Source of the DNA: Chrysomallon squamiferum
Taxonomy: Eukaryota; Animalia; Mollusca
Assembly (NCBI GenBank): GCA_012295275.1
Contig: CM022671.1
Location: 12,710,001 to 12,774,000, forward strand
Direction: 5' to 3'
DNA length: 64,000 bases
In this document: one piece after another, positions 1 through 12,050 of the stretch
Position numbering within the stretch: the stretch's first letter is position 1
Layout: each line of letters opens with the position of its first letter
Notes under the pieces: model-generated
Databases searched by the model: none
Seen by the model: the letters and a program-made list of their open reading frames with translations, nothing else
Told to the model about the DNA's origin: nothing
Position numbers and translations under genes: made by a program

Positions 1-2183
1 CTTCTGATTCGCAGTATCAAAATGGTTCTACAACTGCTCTAAATATCGTCAGCATACTAAATGCGGCCATTGAAACCAAATTATTAAACAAATATTGCAT
101 TTCGTCTGTAGCTTGTTTCGAAGTGAGCCGAGTAATTAAAGTGACAAATGATTAGTGGAGCATAGATATGCATAATAAGTCTTGTTTAATGCATTAACTT
201 TCTATATATCCTTTAATTTTGAGTTTAGACAAAGAAACTGATTTACATTAAGAGGCTTATTGCTAACATTTTGAGTGATGCAGTATTCGTTTCTTTGTTG
301 GCTATACATAATAGCAGTAATAATAGTAGTAGTGGTAGTAGTAATGATAGTGATCATGTAACAACTATGTGTAGAAGGGCTTAATAGTATCACTAGTAAC
401 TAGTTATTTTTGTTGTTATGATAATAGTTGCTGTTTCATCTCTTTTTCGGATAAGCGCACTTCATTGTTTATGTACATTTAACAGATGTAATCGTATAAA
501 TGCATTTAAGTCCAATATGACATTTATAACAAGATCATCGAATAAGAAGCTGGTTAACAGTAATTACATGTACTCAACTACTCTTACTGATCGCAAATAA
601 CCTGGTGTAAAAAATACTTTTCATTTAACAAATACTTCTTGCTAACTGAAGAAATTCATTAGATCAATCAGTATTGCTGAAATAGAACATTAACATCCTT
701 CAGTTTTGCATCATATCAAAGACCTGCATCGGGAATCATTGTTAGGCATCCTGTCTTTATCTACTAGTAAGCATAGCATATAAAAAACCTCTTTTTTTAT
801 ATTTTTTTTTTTTTTTTTTTTTAATGGTGTGAACACTGATGGTTGTTTTTGAGTTCGGTTTAGAGATCGGCATAAACCCAGAAAACCTAATAGATAAACT
901 TACGCACAACCACAAACCAGGCAGTAATAATAATAAAACAAAAAAATAATAATCATCACCAGCAATAATAATTACAAAAAATTCTTTTCTAGATTTTACT
1001 TTTTCCTTTTACTTATTTATTTATTTGTTTGTTTGTTCGGTGGATTTTTTTATTTTTATTTTTGTAAGTTTATTCCATACACTTATATTGTTAATGAGTG
1101 ATTATTTAGTAAGTGGATTTATTTAGCGTATCGATATTTCCATTTCTTATTCAGTGTGCATGTTCACAATGAAATATGTTAATATTAAAGATATGTCGAA
1201 TAATGGCATCTTGAAAGGTGTAAATGACGTAGCAAACGAATGATTGACTGACACCGGTTTCGTATTAAGTGCTGTTGTACGAGTTCAGTTACCCATTAAA
1301 GAGGTTTTAATGTTTGCTTTCTTTTTATACCTTAAGTTCTGTTGACTTTTTACAATTTTCTTTTTATCTTAAGCTCTTACTGTAAACCTCGATTAATACG
1401 GGCGTACAGAACACCCAGTTCAGATAAGCATGCTAAAACACCAAGAAAGACCGATAACTAAGACAAGCAAAATGAAGCGGAACGTCCGTACCTGTTTACT
1501 AAGTTTGTTTTAACAGAACATGTAATGGTAATTTTGGGGAAGTTGTGAAGGTTGTATTGTTTGTTTAATACAATGAAAAATTCGCTTACGAAGTTACACA
1601 CTCACTTCGAAATAGCTATGTTTTTTTTTTTTTTTTTTTTATGAGTATGCCGGTGCATTTTTCATTGCTTTTACTGCCTCGAATATATTTTGTGTGACGA
1701 AAATGTGTAATTCTTAATTAAAAACAGGTTTTAAAAAGTAAGCAAACTGAACAAACAATTTCTCCCAAATACAATAAAATTTTGAAAAGGACATCCTGCT
1801 AATAATTATTAATTTAAATTATTATTATTTAAATACGCAAAAGTCTTACTTTAAACAGACCTTCTGGTATTTTCACTTGATCTCGTTAAAAAAAAAAAGT
1901 AATTGAATAAAAAAAAAAAAGTAAATAAAAAAAAAAAAATAAAAAAAAAATACTTAGGGTAATAACATATGCATAAATCTGGTATTATGTATTTAGAATG
2001 AGTCATGACCTTGGAATTCGATAAAGTGTTTAATAAAGAAAGATCTGTAATCTGTAATCCAACTTATACAGATTTATTCCGAAAAAAAAAAAAAAAAAAA
2101 TATGAAAGTTATATTTTATAAACTGAATTAAATAAAATTGTAAACGTAATAATAAGTTAAATAAACTAACAGAAATAATTATT

Positions 2184-2308
2184 CAGTAAAATTAATTATT
2201 ATTGTAGTAACTAATATATCTGACATTATATGTATATATGTCAGATATATTAGTTATTACTATGATAATTTATGAGTGACTCTGATAAAAATAATAATTA
2301 ATTTACTG
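2184..2308. repeat. Nested inverted repeat / fold-back hairpin
   Basis: Inner arms GTAGTAACTAATATATCTGACAT (2204-2226) and ATGTCAGATATATTAGTTATTAC (2238-2260) match at 22/23 as reverse complements. Outer arms CAGTAAAATTAATTATTATT (2184-2203) and AATAATAATTAATTTACTG (2290-2308) also pair. Confidence 0.7.
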
Positions 2309-2793
2309 TAAAATAAAATACTCGTCTTGTCTTATGTTCTTCCCGCCAGTTGGTATCCGAACCGGTCCTTTTATTCGGTTGATATAGCATGACACGCTGA
2401 TCAACTGATATGATAACAGCCTATCTCTAAACGTGTGTTATACAACCAACCTGAACTTCAAAGAATACGGAAAATATAAATACACAGCACACGAATATAT
2501 TGGCTATATTATGTAAGAGAACACGTTTGTTTATTAACTGTAGTGCAACATGCAAACCGAGTCATGGGAAAATGCATGCTAATAATATGGAAGGCTTACA
2601 ACGTAGTAAGTGTAAGTATTTAGGCGTCAGAAATGTAATATTATTCCCGTATAATCCGGAGGTTCGTGTGTTCTGTAAAGTCCAGTAACAGTGTGAAAAA
2701 ACCGTCTGCATTAACTGTTATACAAGACTTTAGCCGTGATCGGTTGACCACTTGTTTGGTGCTATTGTTTTTAGAATGAATAACTGCTGCCGT

Positions 2794-2807
2794 GTATCCA
2801 TGGATAT
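2794..2807. promoter_or_regulatory. Candidate RFX X-box upstream of the ANKUB1 CDS
   Basis: The near-palindrome GTATCCATGGATAT resembles the RFX X-box (GTNNCCATGGNAAC type) and lies ~350 nt upstream of the ATG. Confidence 0.35.
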
Positions 2808-3153
2808 TCCGACTGAGTTGTTAAGTAACCAGTTTTTATTTTGTTTTTGCAGAAACAGCAGACCGTATGAGTTTACTTAGATGTGAGTAATGCACGATAG
2901 AAGAGGAAGAAATCTTAAATTATTTGAATGTTCTGTGTATTCTGACTTCCAAAGCAATATTTTTTTACCAAGTACCACATGACAAGTGCAGGTGGACTAT
3001 ATTTTCTGTGATTTTTTTATTTATTTTTTATTGTTTTATTATATTTTGTTAGAGTCTGGTCGGATGTTTCAACAAGTATGAATACAAGTGTGATAAAACA
3101 GAAGAGTTATAAATCTTTCCTGTCTGGATAGGTAACTAAATTATTAATGAATT

Positions 3154-5235
3154 ATGTTAGTGTTTGGTCTTTTCGAAGGAGAGAGGGTGACAGTAGATGT
3201 TCCTCCGGGCACGTCAGTCAAAGATGTGAAGACTATGATTCAAGAACGTCTTAATATTCCCATGGATATCTACAAACACGATCAAAAGATTCTGGTGCTT
3301 ACGTATGGTGGGGCTGATCTGGGAGATGATTGGATATTCAGCGACCTGGGAATCGTTCCCGGAACCACGGTCCGGATCCAACTCAAGGAAGAAGTGAAAC
3401 CTGTTCTGTTCATCCGCTGTTCCCACAATAAGGAGATAGTCAGTATTGTAGAAAATCTCAACATTAGTCGCATGTCTGTGAATGATTTGCGAACAATTGT
3501 TCAGAATAAAACCGGTCTTCCAATGGCAATATTTCGTTTGACCACATTAGATGGTCGAGAGCTGTATGACGAACATTGTTTAGATGAGTATGGAATAGAC
3601 GTAGGCCATACTATCAAACTCGAAAACTGGGACGGCTACAATGAATTTCTTAATTTATGTATAATGGGATTCACACCACAGGTTTTGTCTCAAGTGTCGT
3701 CGGATGAAGTTACCGGTAGATTTCAAACTAAGCTTGCTCTTTTTATTGCTTCGCATTTTGGCAACGTCGACCTAGCTCGTTGTATGATAAGACAAGGAGT
3801 AAATCCATCAGAAGTAATCGGAGAACACCCACAAAGGATGTGGTGTAGATTAGAATCTCACATCGAAACATTCAAAGCCCCAGTCCATCAGGCAACGGAA
3901 ATGGGTCAGCTGGGAATTCTTAGGCTCTTTGTCAACCATGACATAACGTGCCTACTAGCCAAAGACGGAAATGGATTAGCTCCCCTTAATCTTGCACTCA
4001 GAAAGAAGATCAAACCATGTGCCTCGTTTTTGCTTACCAAACAGATGACTCGCGTGAACTTTGCAAAAAACCTTTCTTTCAGTTTAATTACTTATTATCA
4101 TATTAAACTGTGGTGTGATCAAGCTAAAGAACGAGCTTATCTGAAATATGGTTTTGCAAAATCGTCTTTAAAACGGCGAATTTTTAACGGTCCTCTTGTA
4201 GGATACGGTATTATAGTAGATGGGTTTTCTACCAGTCCCTTGAACGGAAAGCCAAAAATGCAAATTATCAGGGAAGATAAGGAGAAACAAAAACCATGTA
4301 GATCTATCCGAAAGTTATCAAGTATAGCACAGTCTGTCGATCCTGATCATTATTTCAGGCAGGCTGGTGCAATATTAAAACTGAAAGCTTTACAAGTAGG
4401 TAAACATTCTGAGCAGAAGTGGATAAAGATTGCTGATAAATCTAAAGGGAACCCTGCAGTACCAACGAAACACACTCAGATAAAGGATCTTTCAAATGGT
4501 GAAGTGGAAGACAAATCAGTTATATCTAAATCCCCGTCAATGAGAACTCAAGATGGGACTGGATACACCTCTTCTTCAGCCACCAATCAAGAAAATCAGA
4601 AATTTCCCCTAATAAACGAACAGTCTCGGCGACTAAAGATTGGTTGTCTTTCTACGGCAAATGTTAGTGCAGCACATCGAGAAGAACTAGAAAACCAAAC
4701 TAAAAGAAGTCTAAACAAATCGCAGTCAAAATCTAAACGTGCATATTTTCAGCCAAGCCAAACCAAGTTATACAAGTCAATGCCGAACGTTAACCTCACA
4801 AGCACAGACAGAAGCGAGAAATCTTCCAGTGTGGCAGATGAGATGTCCAAATCAGAAGATTTAACTCCAGAAGGAAGTGTAAAGAAACCTCGAGTCAGAC
4901 GTAAACAGTTGGCGTCTGCCGTTATGCTTTCAAAAGCCAAATCGACAGAAAATGTCATCCCTCTGCCTCTGATAAGTAATGAGGCAGACAAGCGGCCATT
5001 CTTTTATTTGAATGGGAAAAGAGAAGATGAATATTTCGGCCCTTTAATGAATCTAGTTGCTAGGGCCAAAGGAGCAAATTCACGTGATCGAGCAATCAAG
5101 TCAATGTCTATTGCCAACTCATTCAAGGAAAAACCTTGGCTCTGTCAGATTCGTATGGCGCTTTCCATGAACTCTAAATCAGTTAAGCGAAATGTTTATA
5201 ATGGAGGTGATAGAAAGCATGTTACAACTTTGTAA
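3154..5235 (+). CDS. ANKUB1: Ankyrin repeat and ubiquitin-like domain protein (ANKUB1-like), 693 aa, single coding exon
   Basis: Two N-terminal ubiquitin-like domains (VDVPPGTSVKDVK...LTYGGADLGDDWIFSDLGIVPGTTVRI; QNKTGLPMAIFRL...LYDEHCLDEYGIDVGHTIKLENWDG), then ankyrin repeats (ALFIASHFGNVDLAR; APVHQATEMGQLGILR; PLNLAL), a low-complexity tail, and a C-terminal SFKEKPWLCQIRMAL motif typical of ANKUB1. Confidence 0.8.
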   Translation: MLVFGLFEGERVTVDVPPGTSVKDVKTMIQERLNIPMDIYKHDQKILVLTYGGADLGDDWIFSDLGIVPGTTVRIQLKEEVKPVLFIRCSHNKEIVSIVENLNISRMSVNDLRTIVQNKTGLPMAIFRLTTLDGRELYDEHCLDEYGIDVGHTIKLENWDGYNEFLNLCIMGFTPQVLSQVSSDEVTGRFQTKLALFIASHFGNVDLARCMIRQGVNPSEVIGEHPQRMWCRLESHIETFKAPVHQATEMGQLGILRLFVNHDITCLLAKDGNGLAPLNLALRKKIKPCASFLLTKQMTRVNFAKNLSFSLITYYHIKLWCDQAKERAYLKYGFAKSSLKRRIFNGPLVGYGIIVDGFSTSPLNGKPKMQIIREDKEKQKPCRSIRKLSSIAQSVDPDHYFRQAGAILKLKALQVGKHSEQKWIKIADKSKGNPAVPTKHTQIKDLSNGEVEDKSVISKSPSMRTQDGTGYTSSSATNQENQKFPLINEQSRRLKIGCLSTANVSAAHREELENQTKRSLNKSQSKSKRAYFQPSQTKLYKSMPNVNLTSTDRSEKSSSVADEMSKSEDLTPEGSVKKPRVRRKQLASAVMLSKAKSTENVIPLPLISNEADKRPFFYLNGKREDEYFGPLMNLVARAKGANSRDRAIKSMSIANSFKEKPWLCQIRMALSMNSKSVKRNVYNGGDRKHVTTL

Positions 5236-8194
5236 ATAAAAATATATATGCGTTTCTGTGCCTCTTTGAAAAAAACAATGCCAACTATTTCGATGTAAGA
5301 TACCCAATACGACTTGTGATAATATTTATGAATTTATAAATGATTAAACTGGCATCCGAATATTTAAAATATTATAAAAGATTCATGATAGTTTTATATT
5401 TTTTATTCTTGAATGTATTATCTGCAATTTATTTTATGATATTAAACGTATTTATAATACAAATAATATTTTAGTTATTGCGGTGGAGTTAATTATTTTT
5501 ATTATTATTATTATTTTTTTTTTTTTTACTTCGTCTGGTGTTTGTAAATGTTAAACATTTTAGCAGCATGTAACGGTAAAGATTACAGAGCACTAATCTT
5601 TCACCTTTGTATGTGCGACGATATTTTGCCAACTGTTGCATTTTACATGTTTTTACTTCCAGACTGTTAATTTAAATAATATAATATGATAATAACAACC
5701 TGTAAAATAAATAATATGATAGCATGTAAGGTCTTGCATAACCGTTTTATATATATTTGAATAGTATTATTAAATGAGAAAATATTAAATATGGCGGCCA
5801 TTTAATTTTTAACTTTTATATTAACTTACCAGAACAGGACACAACCAGTTTATCTCATGTCAAATTTTAATCTAGACACGATTACCTAACTAGCAAAATG
5901 GCATAAAAGCATTAGTATAACACTTGTATTATCATTTTTTTCCAAGCTTTGTGAGATTATAATGTAAATAAATAATTTATGTAGTTCAATAGGTATGTTT
6001 GTTTATTTATTTTTATATATGTATATATTAAATTATTGTTTTGATCAACCTTCCTAGGTGTGTGTGTGTGTGTGTGTGTGTTTTATAAGCAGTTACGCCG
6101 TTATAGTGTTATGAAAGAAAAATGTAACTGAGAATTACTGCGAGAATGATATAGATTTATTCAGAGAAAGAAGAAAAAACAACAACCTACAAATGAAGAC
6201 AGAGTGATTAGTTTAATGAACGAACAATAATGAATCAAAGAAAAATTATGAATTGATTAATGGGAGATAACTATTCCACATTTATTTGAATATATTGTTC
6301 TTTATTAATTTTAAATTTAAACTTCTTATTTTCATTCTGATTATAATCAAGTCATTATTAGGTTTTAATTTATTTTTGAATTAATAATAATAATAATAAT
6401 ACTGTTTAAGAGTATAAATATATTTTCTAATTAAATGAATGAGTCACACGTACACAGTGAATAAAAGATCTCCAGGTGTGCCTGTTTTATTCAGTCCCAG
6501 AATATTTAATTTAATAGCTCTCAGAAAGTTCCACTCTCACATATAAATTTCATATTTTTGAAGCTGCATGTTTACTTTCTACTAGGTACTGGTGTCGGCA
6601 CTGCGAAGCTACCAGCAAAGTTTGGTATACATTTTTTTATTATTATTTTTTTCAAACGAGCATGCAATGTATAATATAATAAAAGTCAACATTTTCTCTT
6701 TCTAAAACACTTTTTATTTTTGTTTTAATGGTCTATCGCAAATGAATGATTTTACCAATCAGCCTCACGTATCAGTGTAAATGTCCTTTACAGAGGTAGA
6801 CAACACATAGCATGATATATTATCAAATATGCTTTGTCAAAGATATCTCACTTCAGAATGGGCCCTTAAAAATCGAGATTAGCGCAAATGGGACAAAAAT
6901 TAAATATTAAAAATATTTAAAAATACAAATTTCATGACATTTTAATTTTTTTCACTGAAATAAGGAAAAAAGATCATGAATAACTGTTAAAAAGTTATTG
7001 CAAAATGTAATGAATGTAATGACAGTTTGAATGATAAAAAAAATCGTAATAATTAAAAAATAATAATAATAATAAAAAAATAAAAATTATAATAAAATTA
7101 AATAAAAAAAAAACTAGAATTGCACACACATTCAAAAGCAAACACATCATACTTTCATGTCACAATAAACAGTCAGTTTTGTTTCTTAAAATAAATTATT
7201 TCCACCTTGTTAGGTACTTTGTTTAGTAACTAAAATATACAATAGCTACTAAACATTTTGTTTTATGATGTTCTGCGTCATGGACTTCTATTCGTCGTCT
7301 GTTGCCAGTAGTAGTTACTCTTAGTACGGCACGGGTTACGTTTCAAAATTTTTATTATGATAATTATATCGGTTATTATACTGATGTATATAAATGATAA
7401 ATTATCGATAGCTATAATTGTATTGATTATATTGTTCTTCATCCAGTATAATTGTCATGTTGTCAATAAAAAGAAAACTTTAACTTCCAGATGCTTAACA
7501 CTTATATTAATCTGTGTTGTTGAATCGAGAGCTATATACAGGTATGTATCTAAACTGAATCTACTGTGTATGTAACGAAATGGATATATCTTCTGTATTT
7601 ATTTATTTATTTATTTATTATTCCTAAGAAATTAAACTGCTACTATTACTACTGCTACATCTATCACGATAATAAAACAGAGATATATGTTATCTTATTT
7701 GAAGTTAAATTGGTCGCCTTATTAAATAAATAAATAAATAAATAAATCATAAGTTGATCATAAAATCATTCATAATTAATAACTTCTTCTTGTAAACATT
7801 AATGATATAATCGTTTCACACAGTCATGATTGCTGCTCATGTCATATAACAGAAAGCGGTGACACTGTTAATAGTATTCCTCCTTTCTATCAGCCATATT
7901 GAGTTTATTCATTTTTTATTGTTGCTGTTGTTTGTTTTGGGTTGTTGTTTTTATGTTGTTGTTGTTTTTATTTTTATTTTTTTTAAATTACACTGTCAAT
8001 CACGACTTATTCAATTTATTATTATTATTGTTGGTGTTGTTGGTGGTGGTGGTGGTGTTGTTGTTCAGTGAGAGCAGTAAAGATAATATTTTAAATGATT
8101 TCTGAGTTAAAATTAAATAAATAAATAAATAATTTAATATTTCAGGTTTTAATAATATTAGAAAATTGTTATTATTATTATTTATGATATGTCA

Positions 8195-11100
8195 AAATTA
8201 TTATTTTCAAGGAGAGTGATGCCAAGTATCTTACGAATGGATCCAGATTACAGAAAAATATAAAACAGTGGTTTTGTTTAGTATGTTAATTAAAATCATT
8301 AAAAAATGATATCGATACGAATAAATAAATAAACTAAAAAAATAAAAATAAAGGTTAATGCTGTCCCTGATCCTGATCTTTATTCTTTTTTCTTCACAGT
8401 ATTATTCTTTAAATAAATAAATGTGTGTGTGTCTGTGTTCGTGCGTGCGTGCGTGCGTGCGTGCGTGTGTGTTCATTTGTTATAAATACAAAATTTTCAT
8501 TCTTATCTATACATGAAAAGGTTTTTGTACCGTTATGGGTTCACACGATTAATATATGATGGAGGTCAAGATACTATTATTGTGTTTGCGCATGTCAGGC
8601 CTGGCAAAGCAGGTTTCCAATACCTAGGCCATAAATTTTGTGTGTGAGTTACATATATACTAAAGCATCATGTCGATATAACTATAAGTAGACTTGTTGT
8701 CATAAGTATTGCAGTTGTAATTTTACTAGGATGGCTTTTCGAATGGTGTGTTCATTTTATGGCTGTGATATATGGGTGAGTTTATGATATTATAATATCC
8801 ATTAGTCTTCAAATCAGTATATTTTGTCAGTTATTCTCCTATTCAGAATTAAATGATTGCATTAATCAATTTTTCTTGGAGTTAAGTAATAATAGTCCCA
8901 ATTAAGTACCAATGTATATTATTGAAAATATAATTCATTGTATGCTTAATTCATTTAATGCTCAGGCACACAGTCCATCCTGGGCAAGCACACCTGGAGG
9001 TTGGTTATAGAGTTAGTAATAAACCTGAGAAAAACCATAGCATAGTACAAGATCTTTAACCTGAAATTCCCTTGACAAAACAATAATATACAAATAAATT
9101 TTAATGGGAAAAACTTTATCTTAACATACATAATACTGAAAATTATTCATTTATGCAAAATAATAATAATAATAAAAAATAAAACTAATTTTACTAGCAT
9201 TTTGTTTTACACTTTCTCATTTTAGTTAACTCCATTTTTATAAACAGATATGTTGGCCCAAATGGAAAGATAAACAATATGCTGAAGCCTTATGAAGCAG
9301 CCAAATATGACCTTGTTCTTGTATCTGACAGTTCATCAAGAGTAGGTTATTATTTTTGTTTTAAATATTCATTTTAAAGATTAATAAACAATAGAAATAT
9401 TATTCACACAACTGTTACTGTGGTATCTAATATTAATTATATTTAAAATGTTTCTGTTACAGCTACATTTATGATTATATATCATATGGGTTCTGTTACA
9501 TTGAAATTATAATATTAATTATATATAATATATGAGAGTGTACTGCAGTGAAAATTTAATATATGTGAATATGGGTTGTATTGCAGTGAAAGAAAATGCA
9601 GATGATGACCTCACTGAAATGAGATGTAGGAATGGTACTACAGATGCTTTATTGTGAAAACAGAAAAGGATTTGCCTCTGTATATGAAAAGGTTATTTAA
9701 AAATAATAATAATACTAATAATAAAGTCTTTTTGCTACTGTCAGTACTCATTGCAAATTAAATAAACCCATGTCAGTTATACTGAGTGTTGCAAAATAAG
9801 TTAAATCACTTCTTCTGATGATATAATAGCTCCAGCAGATGAATCATAAAACTAGTTTCATATAGTCAGTAATTAGGTGTACCTTTCATGTGTGTGTTTG
9901 TACATATATTCATACCTGTTTTGAAGTGACAGTTGTTTTATGTTCAGTGTATAAGGAAACTCGGTTCACCTTGAAAGATAAATGAACCACAATAAAAATG
10001 CCCTTTTTTTGAAATTCTGAATGCTAACGAAATATGAATCATTTGTTGCACCAGTATGTTTATCTTTCCTAGTTCATCCAACCATATATAAAGTTATTTT
10101 ATTGTTACTAAAAAATAAAAATAAAAGGTTTCTAAACACGATCTTTTATTTACAAAAATGTTTATAAAGTTAAAATGTGAAACATTTTTGTTTCAGGTTT
10201 ATTTTGGAACAATGCAAGCTCGGAACTCTGTGTCAGCTAATATTGTAGGAATCAACTCTTCTACAGGAATGTCTTGTCTCATGTGGACAGATGTTTTAGA
10301 TAAGGTTGGAGGGATAGCAGCATTTAGCACAAGGGTTACTTTTTTGTGGAAGTGTTTAGAAAACAGTAAGTATATGTGTATATGTATATATATATATTTT
10401 TATGTTACATCTAAATTTTGTTTAAATCCATATTCATTATTTAAAGATACTGTAAGTATATTTCATTTCAAGAAGTTTGTTGAGCCATATAAATTGTATA
10501 TCAGATTTAAAAAAAAATGTATTTCCTTTTCTTTCTTTTCTTTTTTCTCTTGCATTTCAGTAATTACAGAGTAGTACTGTGTGGCTTACCAGCTTTTGCA
10601 GAATTGTTGGTCAAGTAACATCAGTGATTTCAATCAAAGATCAGTTAGGTTAGTTTTTAGTTTATTCATACCATTAATGAGTTTCTCTGTACTCGTTGCT
10701 ACATAATTAGTCATTCAGTATAGCAAAAAATGACTGTGAATTCAACCTTTCTGCTTTAATATGGTGTTTTAATTTTTTTTTTTTTTTGATCACTGACCTA
10801 GAAATGAACTTTTTATTTTTATTTGTTTTCCTTTCTTATTATTTATGTATATTTATTATTTGTCTTTTATTTAAAATTTATCACAAATTAAAAAGATAAA
10901 GCAAAATAATATAACAATGTAATTAAAAACCACAGATTCAATTAATCCAGAAAGATATTGTGTGTGTGTGGATCTTGTATATTTTATATAATGTCTGTGT
11001 AAATTAGTTAAAAATAAGTGCATAAATTAAGCATTTATAATAGTGAAACATGCACTACTACAGCATAATTTCAGGACTCTAGAAAGCAAGAATAAATTAT

Positions 11101-12050
11101 CCATCCAGTCATAAACACACCTGAATTTAGACACTGTTGTTATTTGATTATTAAATATCCATTTTTGCAACTGATTGTTTTAATTTAGTTTTTATTTTTC
11201 TATGTTATAATTATTTCTTAGATATTTATATAATTTATTTATTTATTCCTTCATTATTTTTATTTTTTTAAATTAGTTCAGGTCTCAGACACATATTTTA
11301 TTAGCCTGCGGGCTCATGCAAGACAGATCATTGAAGTGATCTTTGCATTGTTTTGTATTTTGCAGGTGGTATAAGCTGCATTTTGCAATGCTCCCACATC
11401 TAATGTTTTTAGAGCTTTTCTCTGAATGTATGATACTAGGTATATGTGCATCATGTGACGTCCAGTACCTGTCCAAGTTCATTGCACTTGCATTCTTTCT
11501 CCTGCACATACTGACTTGCTCCTTTCTGTGTGTGAGGTACATTATTCTTAATTTATAAAATGGTTAAAAAGAATTAAATTGTTAATGTTCAGTTCTTCAC
11601 CTTGATTTGGGTTCATTGCTTTTCCATTCATATCAAAAACTTCCTTGTTGCTAATTTAGAGGAATAAAATATTCAATTTTCTTTTTCATGTAACTACTAC
11701 ATAAAAATCAGTGTAGTTATTTGTTACAGACTGTAACTTTTTTTTGATTATTCAAATATTTATTACCCCAAATATTTATATTGATTTATATGAAACCACA
11801 ATGTGCTAGAAACAACAAGGAAAGTAAGTTTTATTTTCTTTATTTCTTAATTTTATTTTTATTGTTAATTATCTTTTGCAGGGACATTCATTCCAGATAA
11901 CAAAATTTGAATTTCTGGCAGCCTGGCTTTTACAAGAACTTCTCATTTTCTATGTGTTTTTTCAGTCAGAAGTCTTTGTTAGTTACATGGAGGAACAAAC
12001 ATAAACTGCATTGGGGAGGTTTGGCAGAGGATGTATATATAAACAGTATT
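8195..12050 (+). pseudogene. UGCG: Unprocessed (intron-retaining) pseudogene of ceramide glucosyltransferase
   Basis: Collinear exon remnants: ~8195-8280 (ESDA..RLQ.KY); 9248-9341 (VGPNGKINNMLKPYEAAKYDLVLVSDS); 9587-9691 (DVGMVLQMLYCENRKGFASVYEK, frameshifted); 10197-10365 (VYFGTMQARNSVSANIVGINSSTGMSCLMWTDVLDKVGGIAAF, with the AED motif disrupted); 10561-10648 (PALQNCGSSNISDFNQRSVR only after frameshift correction); 11367-~11563 (WYKLHFAMLPHLMFLELFSECM); 11882-12050 (TKFEFLAAWLLQE / VTWRNKHKLHWGGLAED in different frames). The first exons are not recognisable. Confidence 0.8.

Noticed and set aside
3-155. Open frame SDSQYQNGSTTALNIVSILNAAIETK.. at the window edge, vaguely like a LINE reverse-transcriptase segment or the end of an upstream gene
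   Set aside because: Too short and lacks diagnostic motifs; cannot be supported.
7261-7340. Possible remnant of UGCG exon 1
   Set aside because: Hydrophobic but contains stops and has no recognisable UGCG motif.
7357-8105. Short hydrophobic ORFs here and at 32735, 47965, 55148, 55608 and 60919
   Set aside because: Translations of microsatellites and AT-rich low-complexity DNA.
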